DNA from: Mantamonas sphyraenae STR306
Taxonomy: Eukaryota > Protista > CRuMs
Length of the DNA stretch: 64,000 bases
NCBI GenBank assembly: GCA_026936335.1
Contig: JAPMXV010000009.1
Span: forward strand, 62,001 to 126,000
Reading direction: 5' to 3'
A model generated the notes under the pieces. That model was not told the origin of the DNA and did not search any database. It was given only the letters and a program-made list of their open reading frames with translations. Of this stretch, positions 23,501 through 35,963 are shown piece after piece. Made by a program: the position numbers and the translations under genes. Positions within the stretch are counted from its first letter, which is position 1. Every line of letters starts with the position of its first letter.

Positions 23501-26500
23501 ACCTTGAGCCCTCCGATGCGCACTTCCTTGCCCTCTTCCCCCACCAGCCGCTTCTCCCCTTCCATATCAAGCTTCAGCGGCCCAAACGACTCTCCAAAGC
23601 ACATCTGCGTGCATCCGCTGCTATTGAGACGTCCACCAAATCCATACTGTCCACGATCACCCACAAACACACAAACGTGTGCTTCCTCGCCGCTCTTTGC
23701 CATTCTCTCAAAGTCTTTGGGCTCCACATGGACACGCATCGTCTCCAGCGCTCTGTTCACGTGTGGCAGTGTTCCTTCAAGGCTCACATGATGGTCGCCG
23801 TCCTCGTTGTGCACCGTCACTTCCGAAGAGTCTCCAATCACCAGCGTACCTGCTCCTGCACTTACTCGCACGTCCACGTCGACCTTTTCGAACGCCTCGC
23901 TGCCCAGATCGTCGTCACTCACACGCACACGCGGCAACAGCACGCGCCGGCCTCCTCCACGCACATCCACTCTCTCTTCACCCCACTCCACCTTGGGTGC
24001 ATGGTTCACACGCACCACACGCATCCCCACGCGAACCCCTGGTCGTCGGTCCCCCTTGTGCTTCTTCACTTCATCCGAATCCAGCACCTCGACCTCCACC
24101 ACATCCAAACCAGTCCAATCCTTCGGCGCTCTGTACCGTAGTCCACCCAAGACCTCGTTTACAGACACCAGTGGGCCGTAGAACTGCAGCCTCTTGTCAC
24201 CCTCTCCAGTGCCTTTCACCAGCTTCACGCCTTTGTGTCCTCCCGCCAGATATACCACACCTTCATCGCACACCACGCGTACATACAGTCTACCATCTTT
24301 CGTGTGCACTTCTTCCACATGCAGTCCTTCCAAAGGCACCGTCGCTGCCTGCAGCACGCGCACCTCGCCGTCCAGACCCTCGCTGCGTTGACCAACCTGG
24401 ATGGTCATCGACTGCTGGCTCTGACCCATGCTGGCATGCGACACACGAACACCCAGAGCCGCACGACCTTGATACCCACTCGCTGGCACAAATTGAAGCG
24501 TGCCCACCGCGTTGCGCACCTGAGCCAGCGTTCCACGCACCAAGCGCCGTTCCAGGCATTTGTCGTCGTTCAACACCAGACAACCATGCGAACACACCAT
24601 GCGTACTTCGAATGCATCCTCTCCCGCGTGTTCGGGTGTGTTTTCGTGTCCGATGGACACGGCGCCACGCACAGGCCTTGTCGGGCGGTCCATATCCACC
24701 TGCCAAACCCCATGCTCATCCACACCCATCCCCAATCGCACCCAGGGCGCCTTTACAACATACTCAACATCAATATCCACGTTAGCCGAGGCACGTGCAA
24801 TCTCACGCTCACGGCCGTCCGTGCACATCCCGTTGTCCTGCACCTCCACACGCATCTTGGCCTGGCCCGTGAATCCGGGGCTAGGGACAAACACGATTTC
24901 ACGCTCAAGCACGCGTCGCATCAACGACGCACGGCCCACCATGCGCACACACTGTTCGCTGTCACGTGCCACTTCCGTCACCTGTGCGCTCTTTCGCTTC
25001 TTGGCCAATTTTACGACTCCGTGCGAGGCGCAGATCTCCACAGTGTACTTGCTCCCCTCGATGCGCGCTTCCTTGTCCTTCAGTTCAATGGCAGGCAATG
25101 TCAGCTCGCTATCCGCTTCCATCGAAACCTTGCTCTTGCTCACAACCACTTCCGGCGCAGCGTTGGCTTCAAACACATGCAGTACAGTGCTTGCATTCGT
25201 CCAAACCACAGACTTGGACCGTCCGCACCACGAATCAGCCACAGCCATATGCACCGTCACCGATCCGGGCTGCGCTCCACCAGGGATCACAGAAACCTGC
25301 TTCACAACGGTTTCCAAAGCGTTCAACTCTCCCGAGAGCGACAGGGCAGACCTATCGTCGGAGCGCACGACATGAACATTGTGAGACGACACCACACGGC
25401 GACGTATCAGCAGCTGCCCTTCTGACACAGAGACGTGGAGCGAAAACGGACAAGGCTTGCCAGAGACAACATCCTCATCCGATATGACCACACTATCCAG
25501 TGCCCAAGGGGAGTCTGCACGCACCCACGCCTCTGCTGGCATTTCAACCACCGTCGGGCTGTTGGGTTTCTCCACCTTCACCGGTAGCACGCTGCCTACG
25601 CCTCCAGGGCACGACGCGTTGCACGCGCAGCCGTGCACGTGCACCACCACCTTCAACTCGCCAGCTTCCTTTGCCTCAAAATACACAGGGAGACTCATAA
25701 GGTCCCGTACCTCTGCAAACGAGCCCTGCACCGTCATCGACGTGGAGCCGGCAGACCCACCTTCAACGACATTGTCATTCTGCACAAAAGGGCGCAACAG
25801 CCCTCCCTTGGCCACCAGTCGTAGGCAAACAGTATCCACGACAGGCAATGCGGGGTCCTCCACGTACCATTCCATCCCGTTCAGATCAAGCTCCTCGCCG
25901 ACAAAGCCGGTGGGTATCGTCTCTGTCTGCCTTCGTACTTTTGGTGTCTGAGGCTCGACCACACGTACCCTGAGCGTCCTCTCTGTTCCCTTCACCTTTG
26001 ACGGTTTGCCCATCACTGCCACGCTCACTCCACCCTCTCCAACACTCCCGCCCACAAACACGAGCCCGCCCAGTGCCTCTTCCACCTTCTCCACCGGCCC
26101 GGCGACAACCACGCGTCCACCTCGCTTTCCACCCAGTATCACCTCATCTCCCTCTCGCTCGCACAGCACGCGCACACTCGCCTTCTTTTCGCTCCCGCGT
26201 ACAAGTGCCACCTCCACCTTCACCTCCTCCCCGACACGTCCCATCACCACCTCCGCGCTCACCACAACCTCGGGTCCCACAACCACATGCTCCACCTCCA
26301 CTTCCCCTCTCCACACGCCGCACAGCTCACTCACTCCCTCTTCCATCTTCCCCGCGTATCCTCCGTCACACACTTCCACACTCACGTTCACCATCCCCGC
26401 GCATCCCTTTCCACCCTTGTACTCCACACCCTCGTGCACCCACCTCTCCACCTCCTCATACCCACCGCGTGTCATCTCTCCATCCTCGACCTTTCGCCCA

Positions 26501-29500
26501 TCCACACGCACACTTCCGCAGCTCACATTCACACGCAATCCGTACGCGTCACTCGTCGCGTTCTCTGCCCCTTCGTTCTTCTTGCCCCAGTCCACATCGT
26601 ACATCTCACACCCTTTCAACGCCACCCACTCCCCGCTCACCACCTTTTCCAACCCATCCTTGCACACAACCACAGGCTCGTCGTTCACAGCCTCCACCGC
26701 AATCACCATCTTCCCTTCCCCGCTCTCTCCCTCCTCATCCGTTGCACGCACCGTCATCGTGTCTCGTCCGTTCCAATACAGTGCCGGGTGGTACAGCACC
26801 GTCTGCAGTCGCTTGTTCACCTCCTTCGCTGTCCCGCGCATTCCCAGCACTCGTCCCTGCACCTCTTCCTCTGCACTCACATCCTTCCCCGTCCATCCCA
26901 CAAGCTCAATCACACTTGCGTTCCCACGCTGCATGCTCAGCTCTCCTGCCTCCACGCTCATCTCCACCGTCACCACACTATCCACTCCATCCACGTCCGA
27001 CACCACCAGTCCAAACATGCCCAGCGTCTCGTCCTCCACAACCCTGCTCACTGCCACCTCGCCTTCCTTCGTCTCCTCGTCTCCAGACGGCATAAACACG
27101 CGCGGGGCGTCGTTGACCCCTGCCACCATCACCACCACACTGTGTTTCGCTCGCCCACCGCTCTCGTTCTCCACCATCACCTCCATGCTCGTGTTGCCCG
27201 CAAAGTCCATCTCCGGGTACACACGCATCGTCTGCAACACCCGTTCAATCGCCTCCAGCGAGCCCTCCACAGCAACCTGTCCGCTCTTGCTTCCGTCACC
27301 AATCACAAACCCCACGCCTTTCCCCGCGTCGCTGTCCACAGTCATCTCCACTGCTTCTCCGTGCACGTGCAGTGTGTAGTTCTGTGTGCCCACCACGCCG
27401 CGTCCGCCTGGTGCTGCCCGTTCGCTCAGTTGCACCTCTACGAGACCAAACGGCGTGTCCTCATCCGTCTGCATCACCCCTCGCATCCGCATCTGTACAT
27501 CCACATATCCAGGCAGTACATGCACTGCCACCGTCTCCTCTCGTCCCTGCTTCGCAGGATCATCTCCTCGCGCCCACACACGCATCCACAACGCTTCAGC
27601 ACCGCTGTACCCCCGTTTAGGTTCGTACACCAGCTTGTCCAGTACACTGGACACATGATCCACCGTGCCTTGCGTCCCAACCTTGCGTCCCCCTTTGCCC
27701 GCATTCAGCAACCGCCCGTGTTTGCACCACAGCCGCACCTCCAACACACCCTCCCCATCCCCGTACTTCACTCCAAACAGTGTGGACACTACCACACTGT
27801 CATTCAACATCACCGGCAAGGCGTCCTCACCAACTCGCACAACCACAGATGGCGGCTCGTTCGGACGAACGCGTACCCTCAGCGTCCTCTCTGTTCCCTT
27901 CACCTTTGACGGCTTGCCCATCACTGCCACGCTCACTCCACCCTCCCCAACACTCCCGCCCACAAACACAAGCCCGCCCAGTGCCTCCTCCACCTTCTCC
28001 ACCGGCCCGGCGACAACCACGCGTCCACCTCGCTTTCCACCCAGTATCACCTCATCTTCCTCTCGCTCGCACAGCACGCGCACACTCGCCTTCTTTTCGC
28101 TCCCGCGTACAAGTGCCACCTCCACCTTCACCTCCTCCCCGACACGTCCCATCACCACCTCCGCGCTCACCACAACCTCGGGTCCCACAACCACATGCTC
28201 CACCTCCACTTCCCCTCTCCACACGCCGCACAGCTCACTCACTCCCTCTTCCATCTTCCCCGCGTATCCTCCGTCACACACTTCCACACTCACGTTCACC
28301 ATCCCTGCGCATCCCTTTCCACCCTTGTACTCCACACCCTCGTGCACCCACCTCTCCACCTCCTCATACCCACCGCGTGTCATCTCTCCATCCTCGACCT
28401 TTCGCCCATCCACACGCACACTTCCGCAGCTCACATTCACACGCAATCCGTACGCGTCACTCGTCGCGTTCTCTGCCCCTTCGTTCTTCTTGCCCCAGTC
28501 CACATCGTACATCTCACACCCTTTCAACGCCACCCACTCCCCGCTCACCACCTTTTCCAACCCATCCTTGCACACAACCACAGGCTCGTCGTTCACAGCC
28601 TCCACCGCAATCACCATCTTCCCTTCCCCGCTCTCTCCCTCCTCATCCGTTGCACGCACCGTCATCGTGTCTCGTCCGTTCCAATACAGTGCCGGGTGGT
28701 ACAGCACCGTCTGCAGTCGCTTGTTCACCTCCTTCGCTGTCCCGCGCATTCCCAGCACTCGTCCCTGCACCTCTTCCTCTGCACTCACATCCTTCCCCGT
28801 CCATCCCACAAGCTCAATCACACTTGCGTTCCCACGCTGCATGCTCAGCTCTCCTGCCTCCACGCTCATCTCCACCGTCACCACACTATCCACTCCATCC
28901 ACGTCCGACACCACCAGTCCAAACATGCCCAGCGTCTCGTCCTCCACAACCCTGCTCACTGCCACCTCCCCTTCCTTCGTCTCTTCGTCTCCAGACGGCA
29001 TAAACACGCGCGGGGCGTCGTTGACCCCTGCCACCATCACCACCACACTGTGTTTCGCTCGCCCACCGCTCTCGTTCTCCACCATCACCTCCATGCTCGT
29101 GTTGCCCGCAAAGTCCATCTCCGGGTACACACGCATCGTCTGCAACACCCGTTCAATCGCCTCCAGCGAGCCCTCCACAGCAACCTGTCCGCTCTTGCTT
29201 CCGTCACCAATCACAAACCCCACGCCTTTCCCCGCGTCGCTGTCCACAGTCATCTCCACTGCTTCTCCGTGCACGTGCAGTGTGTAGTTCTGTGTGCCCA
29301 CCACGCCGCGTCCGCCTGGTGCTGCCCGTTCGCTCAGTTGCACCTCTACGAGACCAAACGGCGTGTCCTCATCCGTCTGCATCACCCCTCGCATCCGCAT
29401 CTGTACATCCACATATCCAGGCAGTACATGCACTGCCACCGTCTCCTCTCGTCCCTGCTTCGCAGGATCATCTCCTCGCGCCCACACACGCATCCACAAC

Positions 29501-31839
29501 GCTTCAGCACCGCTGTACCCCCGTTTAGGTTCGTACACCAGCTTGTCCAGTACACTGGACACATGAACCACCGTGCCTTGCGTCCCAACCTTGCGTCCCC
29601 CTTTGCCCGCATTCAGCAACCGCCCGTGTTTGCACCACAGCCGCACCTCCAACACACCCTCCCCATCCCCGTACTTCACTCCAAACAGTGTGGACACTAC
29701 CACACTGTCATTCAACATCACCGGCAAGGCGTCCTCACCAACTCGCACAACCACAGATGGCGGCTCGTTCGGACGAACGCGTACCCTGAGCGTCCTCTCT
29801 GTGCCCTTCACCTTTGACGGTTTGCCCATCACCGCCACGCTCACTCCACCCTCCCCAACACTCCCGCCCACAAACACAAGCCCGCCCAGTGCCTCTTCCA
29901 CCTTCTCCACCGGCCCGGCGACAACCACGCGTCCACCTCGCTTTCCACCCAGTATCACCTCATCTCCCTCTCGCTCGCACAGCACGCGCACACTCGCCTT
30001 CTTTTCGCTCCCGCGTACAAGTGCCACCTCCACCTTCACCTCCTCCCCGACACGTCCCATCACCACCTCCGCGCTCACCACAACCTCGGGTCCCACAACC
30101 ACATGCTCCACCTCCACTTCCCCTCTCCACACGCCGCACAGCTCACTCACTCCCTCTTCCATCTTCCCCGCGTATCCTCCGTCACACACTTCCACACTCA
30201 CGTTCACCATCCCTGCGCATCCCTTTCCACCCTTGTACTCCACACCCTCGTGCACCCACCTCTCCACCTCCTCATACCCACCGCGTGTCATCTCTCCATC
30301 CTCGACCTTTCGCCCATCCACACGCACACTTCCGCAGCTCACATTCACACGCAATCCGTACGCGTCACTCGTCGCGTTCTCTGCCCCTTCGTTCTTCTTG
30401 CCCCAGTCCACATCGTACATCTCACACCCTTTCAACGCCACCCACTCCCCGCTCACCACCTTTTCCAACCCATCCTTGCACACAACCACAGGCTCGTCGT
30501 TCACAGCCTCCACCGCAATCACCATCTTCCCTTCCCCGCTCTCTCCCTCCTCATCCGTTGCACGCACCGTCATCGTGTCTCGTCCGTTCCAATACAGTGC
30601 CGGGTGGTACAGCACCGTCTGCAGTCGCTTGTTCACCTCCTTCGCTGTCCCGCGCATTCCCAGCACTCGTCCCTGCACCTCTTCCTCTGCACTCACATCC
30701 TTCCCCGTCCATCCCACAAGCTCAATCACACTTGCGTTCCCACGCTGCATGCTCAGCTCTCCTGCCTCCACGCTCATCTCCACCGTCACCACACTATCCA
30801 CTCCATCCACGTCCGACACCACCAGTCCAAACATGCCCAGCGTCTCGTCCTCCACAACCCTGCTCACTGCCACCTCCCCTTCCTTCGTCTCTTCGTCTCC
30901 AGACGGCATAAACACGCGCGGGGCGTCGTTGACCCCTGCCACCATCACCACCACACTGTGTTTCGCTCGCCCACCGCTCTCGTTCTCCACCATCACCTCC
31001 ATGCTCGTGTTGCCCGCAAAGTCCATCTCCGGGTACACACGCATCGTCTGCAACACCCGCTCAATCGCCTCCAGCGAGCCCTCCACAGCAACCTGTCCGC
31101 TCTTGCTCCCGTCACCAATCACAAACCCCACGCCTTTCCCCGCGTCGCTGTCCACAGTCATCTCCACTGCTTCTCCGTGCACGTGCAGTGTGTAGTTCTG
31201 TGTGCCCACCACGCCGCGTCCGCCTGGTGCTGCCCGTTCGCTCAGTTGCACCTCTCCGAGACCAAACGGCGTGTCCTCATCCGTCTGCATCACCCCTCGC
31301 ATCCGCATCTGTACATCCACATACCCAGGCAGTACATGAAGCAGTATGTCTGCCCTGCTGCTCACGACCACGTCCGGCAAGAACGTTTCGCTGTTGTTTG
31401 TCATTTCCACGTCACTTGCCTTCTTCTGCAGCAGCTTCACGCGCACTTTGAGCTCTTCTGGCCCACTGTACAAGCGCTCTGGTTCGTACACCAGTGCTTG
31501 CAGCACTGCGTGAACCTCTTCCAGAGTCCCTTCCATCCCCACGTTGCTGCCGCCGTTCCCTTTTGCGACAAGTTGCCCGTGCTTGCATTTCACACGCAGC
31601 TCCAGCGTGCCGGTGGCTTGCTGACACGTCACAGCAAACATACCCGCAAGCGGAAATGAATCGTTCAACAGAATGGGTTGTTCTTCCAATGCTACTGTAC
31701 TCTTGACCACCAGCAGCGGCGTCGTGTCTGCGGCTTGTGAACTCTCCGTGCTCTCCCCGATGCAGAGAGCTGCACACAGCACCCAAACCGTCAGCAACAA
31801 CGGACTATACGCGGTCCATGCAGTTCTTCGCACGTGCAT
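20562..31839 (-). CDS. Giant surface/adhesin-like protein (about 3760 aa): signal peptide, Ig/cadherin-like repeats, charged repeat stalk, 3 TM, cytoplasmic tail; one apparent frameshift near 22560
   Basis: ATG 31839 gives MHVRRTAWTAYSPLLLTVWVLCAALCIG. Repeated GTxxxVNxxLxxLxYxP...VNDAP/VNDEP motifs. Removing the extra C at 22559-22561 joins ORFs 22534..31887 and 20562..23048. Confidence 0.82.
21691..23070 (-). repeat. Coding minisatellite, 30-bp unit (15-bp subunits) encoding ERKE(Q/E/H)ERRDA
   Basis: Tandem tcctccttgcgctccgcatcacgacgttcc-type units over about 1.4 kb. Confidence 0.97.
25964..31338 (-). repeat. Near-identical intragenic tandem repeat, period 1908 bp (636 aa), about 2.8 copies
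   Basis: The same sequence starts at 25964, 27872 and 29780. Shadow ORFs also recur at +1908. Confidence 0.97.
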
Positions 31840-32023
31840 GGGCCAACGAATCCTGTCTGAGATGAAAATGTGGCAGCGCCTGCGCACGCAAGCCCAACCT
31901 TTTCCGTTCTCTCCTGTTCGTTCCTATCACACCTATCGAAGCATCCAAGCCTTTTTGCCGGGTGTATGTCTTTGCAAGCATACTCACATCGAATCTGCAC
32001 CCACAGTTTCTGCCCTCTCTGCC

Positions 32024-34650
32024 ATGTCAACCGACTTTCTGGCCAACCTCCCACACGTAGAGGGTGACTTCGGGCTCATGTACTGTTGGGGTCATGCGTA
32101 TGTTCTCTCCACATCGTGGGCAGCCTCTCCGCCGCGCAATTCGTTCCAGCGCGAGCGTGCGTGCGGAAGCAGGTATGCCAAACTCGCTTGACCCCAAACT
32201 CGGCCGCGCTGACACACTCGGCAATTGTGCCCGCCATCCTGCACCCACAGCGCGTACGGGGAACTAGCGTTCAATGACTCAGACATGGAGAGTGTTCCAG
32301 TGATGAACGAACGAATGCGTGGTCATCGCGTCAAGAAGATTGCCATTGGGTTTCGGCACAACCTGCTTCTCACTCACGACGGCACGCTGTACAGGTAAGG
32401 GCTCAGTGGGTCTTCTGCATTCACACACACATCTGCATTGATGCACAGCCCCGCTTCGAAATTGCGTGCGACCTGACACACGGCGGCACACACAGTTTCG
32501 GAGCCAATTCGTTCGGACAGCTTGGTGTGGGCGGCAAGCAGAACGTGAGCTTGCCGACGCCTGTGGCTGCGTTCCAGGACGTCAAAGTCGTTGACGTAGG
32601 CTGTGGCATCCAACACAGCGTTGCTGTAACCGAAAGCGGGGAGGTGTGGACATGGGGCTTCGAGGGTCGCGGCCAATTGGGACGCGGCGGCAAGGCCGCA
32701 CGACCACAGCGTGTGGAACACAGCGACCTGAACGCGGTGCAGGTCGCAGGTGGACAGGGACACACAATTGCACTGGACAAGGATGGGACGGTGTGGGCAT
32801 GGGGACGAGGTGCTGAGGGCCAGCTGGGCTTTACAGAGGGCACGGATTACGTCTCTCCCGGTCAGATCTCGCGCGATGCGTTTGCGGGCGAACGAGTGAT
32901 TCAGATTGACGCAGGATGCCTGCACTCGATGGCCCTAACAGAAAGTGGCCACGTGTACGCTTGGGGCACGGGAGACAACTACGAGTGTGGCTTTGGCGGC
33001 AACTACACGTACGCCCCGCGAAAGCTGGACTTCTTCGACGACAAACGGGCGGTGCAGATTGCATGTGGCTGGAGCCACACAGCTGTGCTGACCGAAGATG
33101 GCAACGTGTACATGTGGGGCTGTGGCAGCGACTACCAGCTGGGGACGGGCCAGACAGACAACGAGTGTTCGCCGCAGATGGTGGGCCCGCTGTGCGGCAC
33201 GCACATTGTGGATGTCAAATGCGGCTGGCGGCACACCGTGGCCGTGAGTGCACAGGGCGATGTGTTTGCGTGGGGCCGCAACCAACACTTTGCATGTGGC
33301 ACGGGTGACCGCGAAGACAAGCTCGTGACCCAGCCCAGGCTCGTGCTGCGAGGACGCATCAAGCAGGTGTTTGTGGGCGCCGAGCACAACTTTGCTTTGG
33401 TTGAACAGCCGGACGAGTACCCGCTGGGCAAGGCCCTGGGCACCATTCTGAACGACCCCATGTTTGCAGATGTTTATTTTGTGGTGGAAAAGCAGATCAT
33501 CTACGCGCACCAGGTCATCCTGCGCACGCGGTGCGACACCTTTATGGATCTGTTTCTGTTTAAACAGCACTCGCCGGCCAATCGCATGCGCGTGGTAGTC
33601 GAGGACGGGACAAGCCATCGCGTGTTTCTTGCGCTGCTGGAACACATCTACACGGACTACGTGTGCGACCTGACGCCGGAACTGGCTGAAGAGCTTTATC
33701 CGTTGGCACGCTCGTATGGACAGCACCGGCTGGAGGTGTTGTGCCAGCGTGTGATGGGCGAGAAGCCGCTGTCGGTGCCGTTGCCGCCGTCGCTGCTGGG
33801 CTCGGACATTGGCACCACGATTGATTCGCAGGAGTTTGCCGACGTTGTGTTTATGGTGGGTGATTCGGATCAGCTGGTTTATGCACACCGTGCCATTCTG
33901 TATGCACGTGCTCCTGCGTTTTGCGAGACCGTCGGCCTGTGGTTTGACGACATCGAGGTGCGGCTCGAAGAGCTGGGAGAGGAGGCAAGTAGCAACAGTG
34001 GCAGCAGCAACGACAAAGACGCAGGCGCAGGCAGCAGCTCGAGCACAAGCGACAACGACGGAGGCGGAGACCAGACGGAGGAATCCAACCATGACAAGGA
34101 CAACGACGAGGGCGAGGACGACATCCCGGACATCGATTTGGGTTCGGACGACGGAGACGACGTGGCCGAGTTTATCAGTGTGGACGATGTGAAGCCGGAC
34201 GTGTTCACACGCCTGCTGTTGTACACATACACCGACGACGAAGGCGGGGTGGACCCACACGACGCGTTTGATCTGCTGATCGCGTGCAGCAAATTTGGAA
34301 TCGAAAGATTCAAGCTGACATGCTCGACACTGGTGCAGACGATTGTACGCCTGGAGAACGTGAGCTACATGTACGCCATGGCCAAGGAAACGGACTGCGA
34401 GAACCTGCGGCTGTTCTGCATGAACTTTATCATCGGCAACTGGGAGACGATGAAGGAACTCGACTTTCTGGGCATGCAGGAGCACGAGGTGGCTGAGGTG
34501 GAGGTGTTTCGTGACATGCTCAACGAAGGCACAGTGGCGGACGACGACCACAGCCGACGCAACTCGTCGCATTCGGGCAAGAAGAAATTCTCCTTTAATC
34601 TGTTGGGTGTGTTTCACAACGACGGCAAGCGACGATCGAGGTCATTCTAG
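32024..34650 (+). CDS. RCC1-repeat beta-propeller plus two BTB/POZ domains (RCBTB/IBTK-like Cul3 adaptor)
   Basis: VWTWG...GQLG...GxxH RCC1 repeats; ADVYFVVE...YAHQVIL and ADVVFMVG...YAHRAIL BTB starts. Two 5' introns add upstream exons from ATG 32024. Confidence 0.92.
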
Positions 34651-34693
34651 GGCACAACACACCAACAAATCAGCAAAACTTGGCATTCACTCC

Positions 34694-35910
34694 TCATTGA
34701 ATCTCGACCTCGCCTCCTGTCTCCTCTTTGTCGTTGTCGCCACTGCGTTGCTCGTCGTCGGCATTCCTCTCGGCCTCAAGTTTGCGCAAGTAGGAGCTGC
34801 TGAGCTTGAAATGGCTGCCGTCATCGTCTGCGGCGGCTGGGTCGTTGGTGATTTCGAAGGAGGGGCGGACGAGGGGCACAATGACATGGTTGACCTTGGG
34901 CAGGCCCTTGTCTGCACGCAGTTCATTGGCCTTTGCAGCAGCAGAGGCCACCTCTTCGCTGAGAACGAGGGTGTCCATGTCCTCCTCGGTGAGGAGAGGA
35001 CCCCAGGGTTCTTGCAGATCGTAGAATTTGCACTCGATGCCTGGTTTGAAGGAGCAGAGAAACTCGTGGGCGGCGTCCTTACGTGTCTCGTAGCTTTGGA
35101 TAAGGTCACGATGGGCCTTCTTCTTGAGGAGCGGGTCGCCGGAAATGCCAATGTGCAGGACGCGCTGTGTGAGGAGGGCACATGCAGACAGCATGCCCTT
35201 GTGGCCTGCGTGGAGACGATCAAAGGTGCCGCCCACAACAACGCTGTCCACCGGTTCCCACAGGCTGTCCTCGTCGATGGTGTTTGTGTTTTCGTCGAGA
35301 ACGTGGACCTTGGGCAGCTCCAGGCCGTCCAGGAACCCATGTGCGTCCACGTTCATGTCGTACGAGTCGACGGAGGAGGGCAATGAGGACAAAGACAGGG
35401 ATTCGAGCTCACGAGGCGATTCGACGAGCAGGACATCGATGGGGGGCCCTGCGTACTTGTCGCCCAGCGGGTCGGAGTTCTGGTTTACCTGGGGCAGCAG
35501 CACACGGTAGTCGAGGGAGTAGGGCCCGCACAGTGTCGCGTTGTAATAGTCAAAGAGGAGTTCCATTTGGGACTCGACCTGGGGTGGCATGGTGGTGTGC
35601 GTGTGAGAGGTACGGCAGAGTGGGCGTGTGGACGGCGGCTCAACACACTCTACACTCTGCTCCCAGAAGCACATACATCCTTGTTGGCAATGTCTGGCGA
35701 GGTGACACTTGTGATGAGAGTGTTGGACACGCAATGGGCAGCCTTGAAGATGCGCTGGACGACGGATTCGTCGACTTGACCGTCGTCCTTGTTGATCAGC
35801 ACCAACCCGACGGCAGGCTTGACCACAGCGGCAGTGGCGTTGCTGCTGCTGCTCGTGCTGCTGCTGCTGCTGCTACTCGCCAAGCTGGGCAAAGTGCGCT
35901 TGAGCATCAT
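34694..35910 (-). CDS. Phosphopantetheine adenylyltransferase (eukaryote/archaea-type cytidylyltransferase fold) with N-terminal extension
   Basis: VGGTFDRLHAGHK, LVLSEE and KLSSSYLR motifs; intron 35676-35579. Confidence 0.88.
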
Positions 35911-35963
35911 TGGGGGGAGAGAAAATGGGATGGGAGCGTTGGGGCCGGCAGCTGTATTGGTGC

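Noticed and set aside
21525-24141. Long plus-strand ORFs (LLLALRITT, CAPHHDVPP and SLRSASRR repeats)
   Set aside because: They are antisense shadows of the stop-free ERKEQERRDA minisatellite.
25998-31659. Repeated Pro/Ser/Thr/His-rich plus-strand ORFs of 365-540 aa
   Set aside because: They are the antisense of the purine-rich adhesin gene and recur only because of the 1908-bp repeat.
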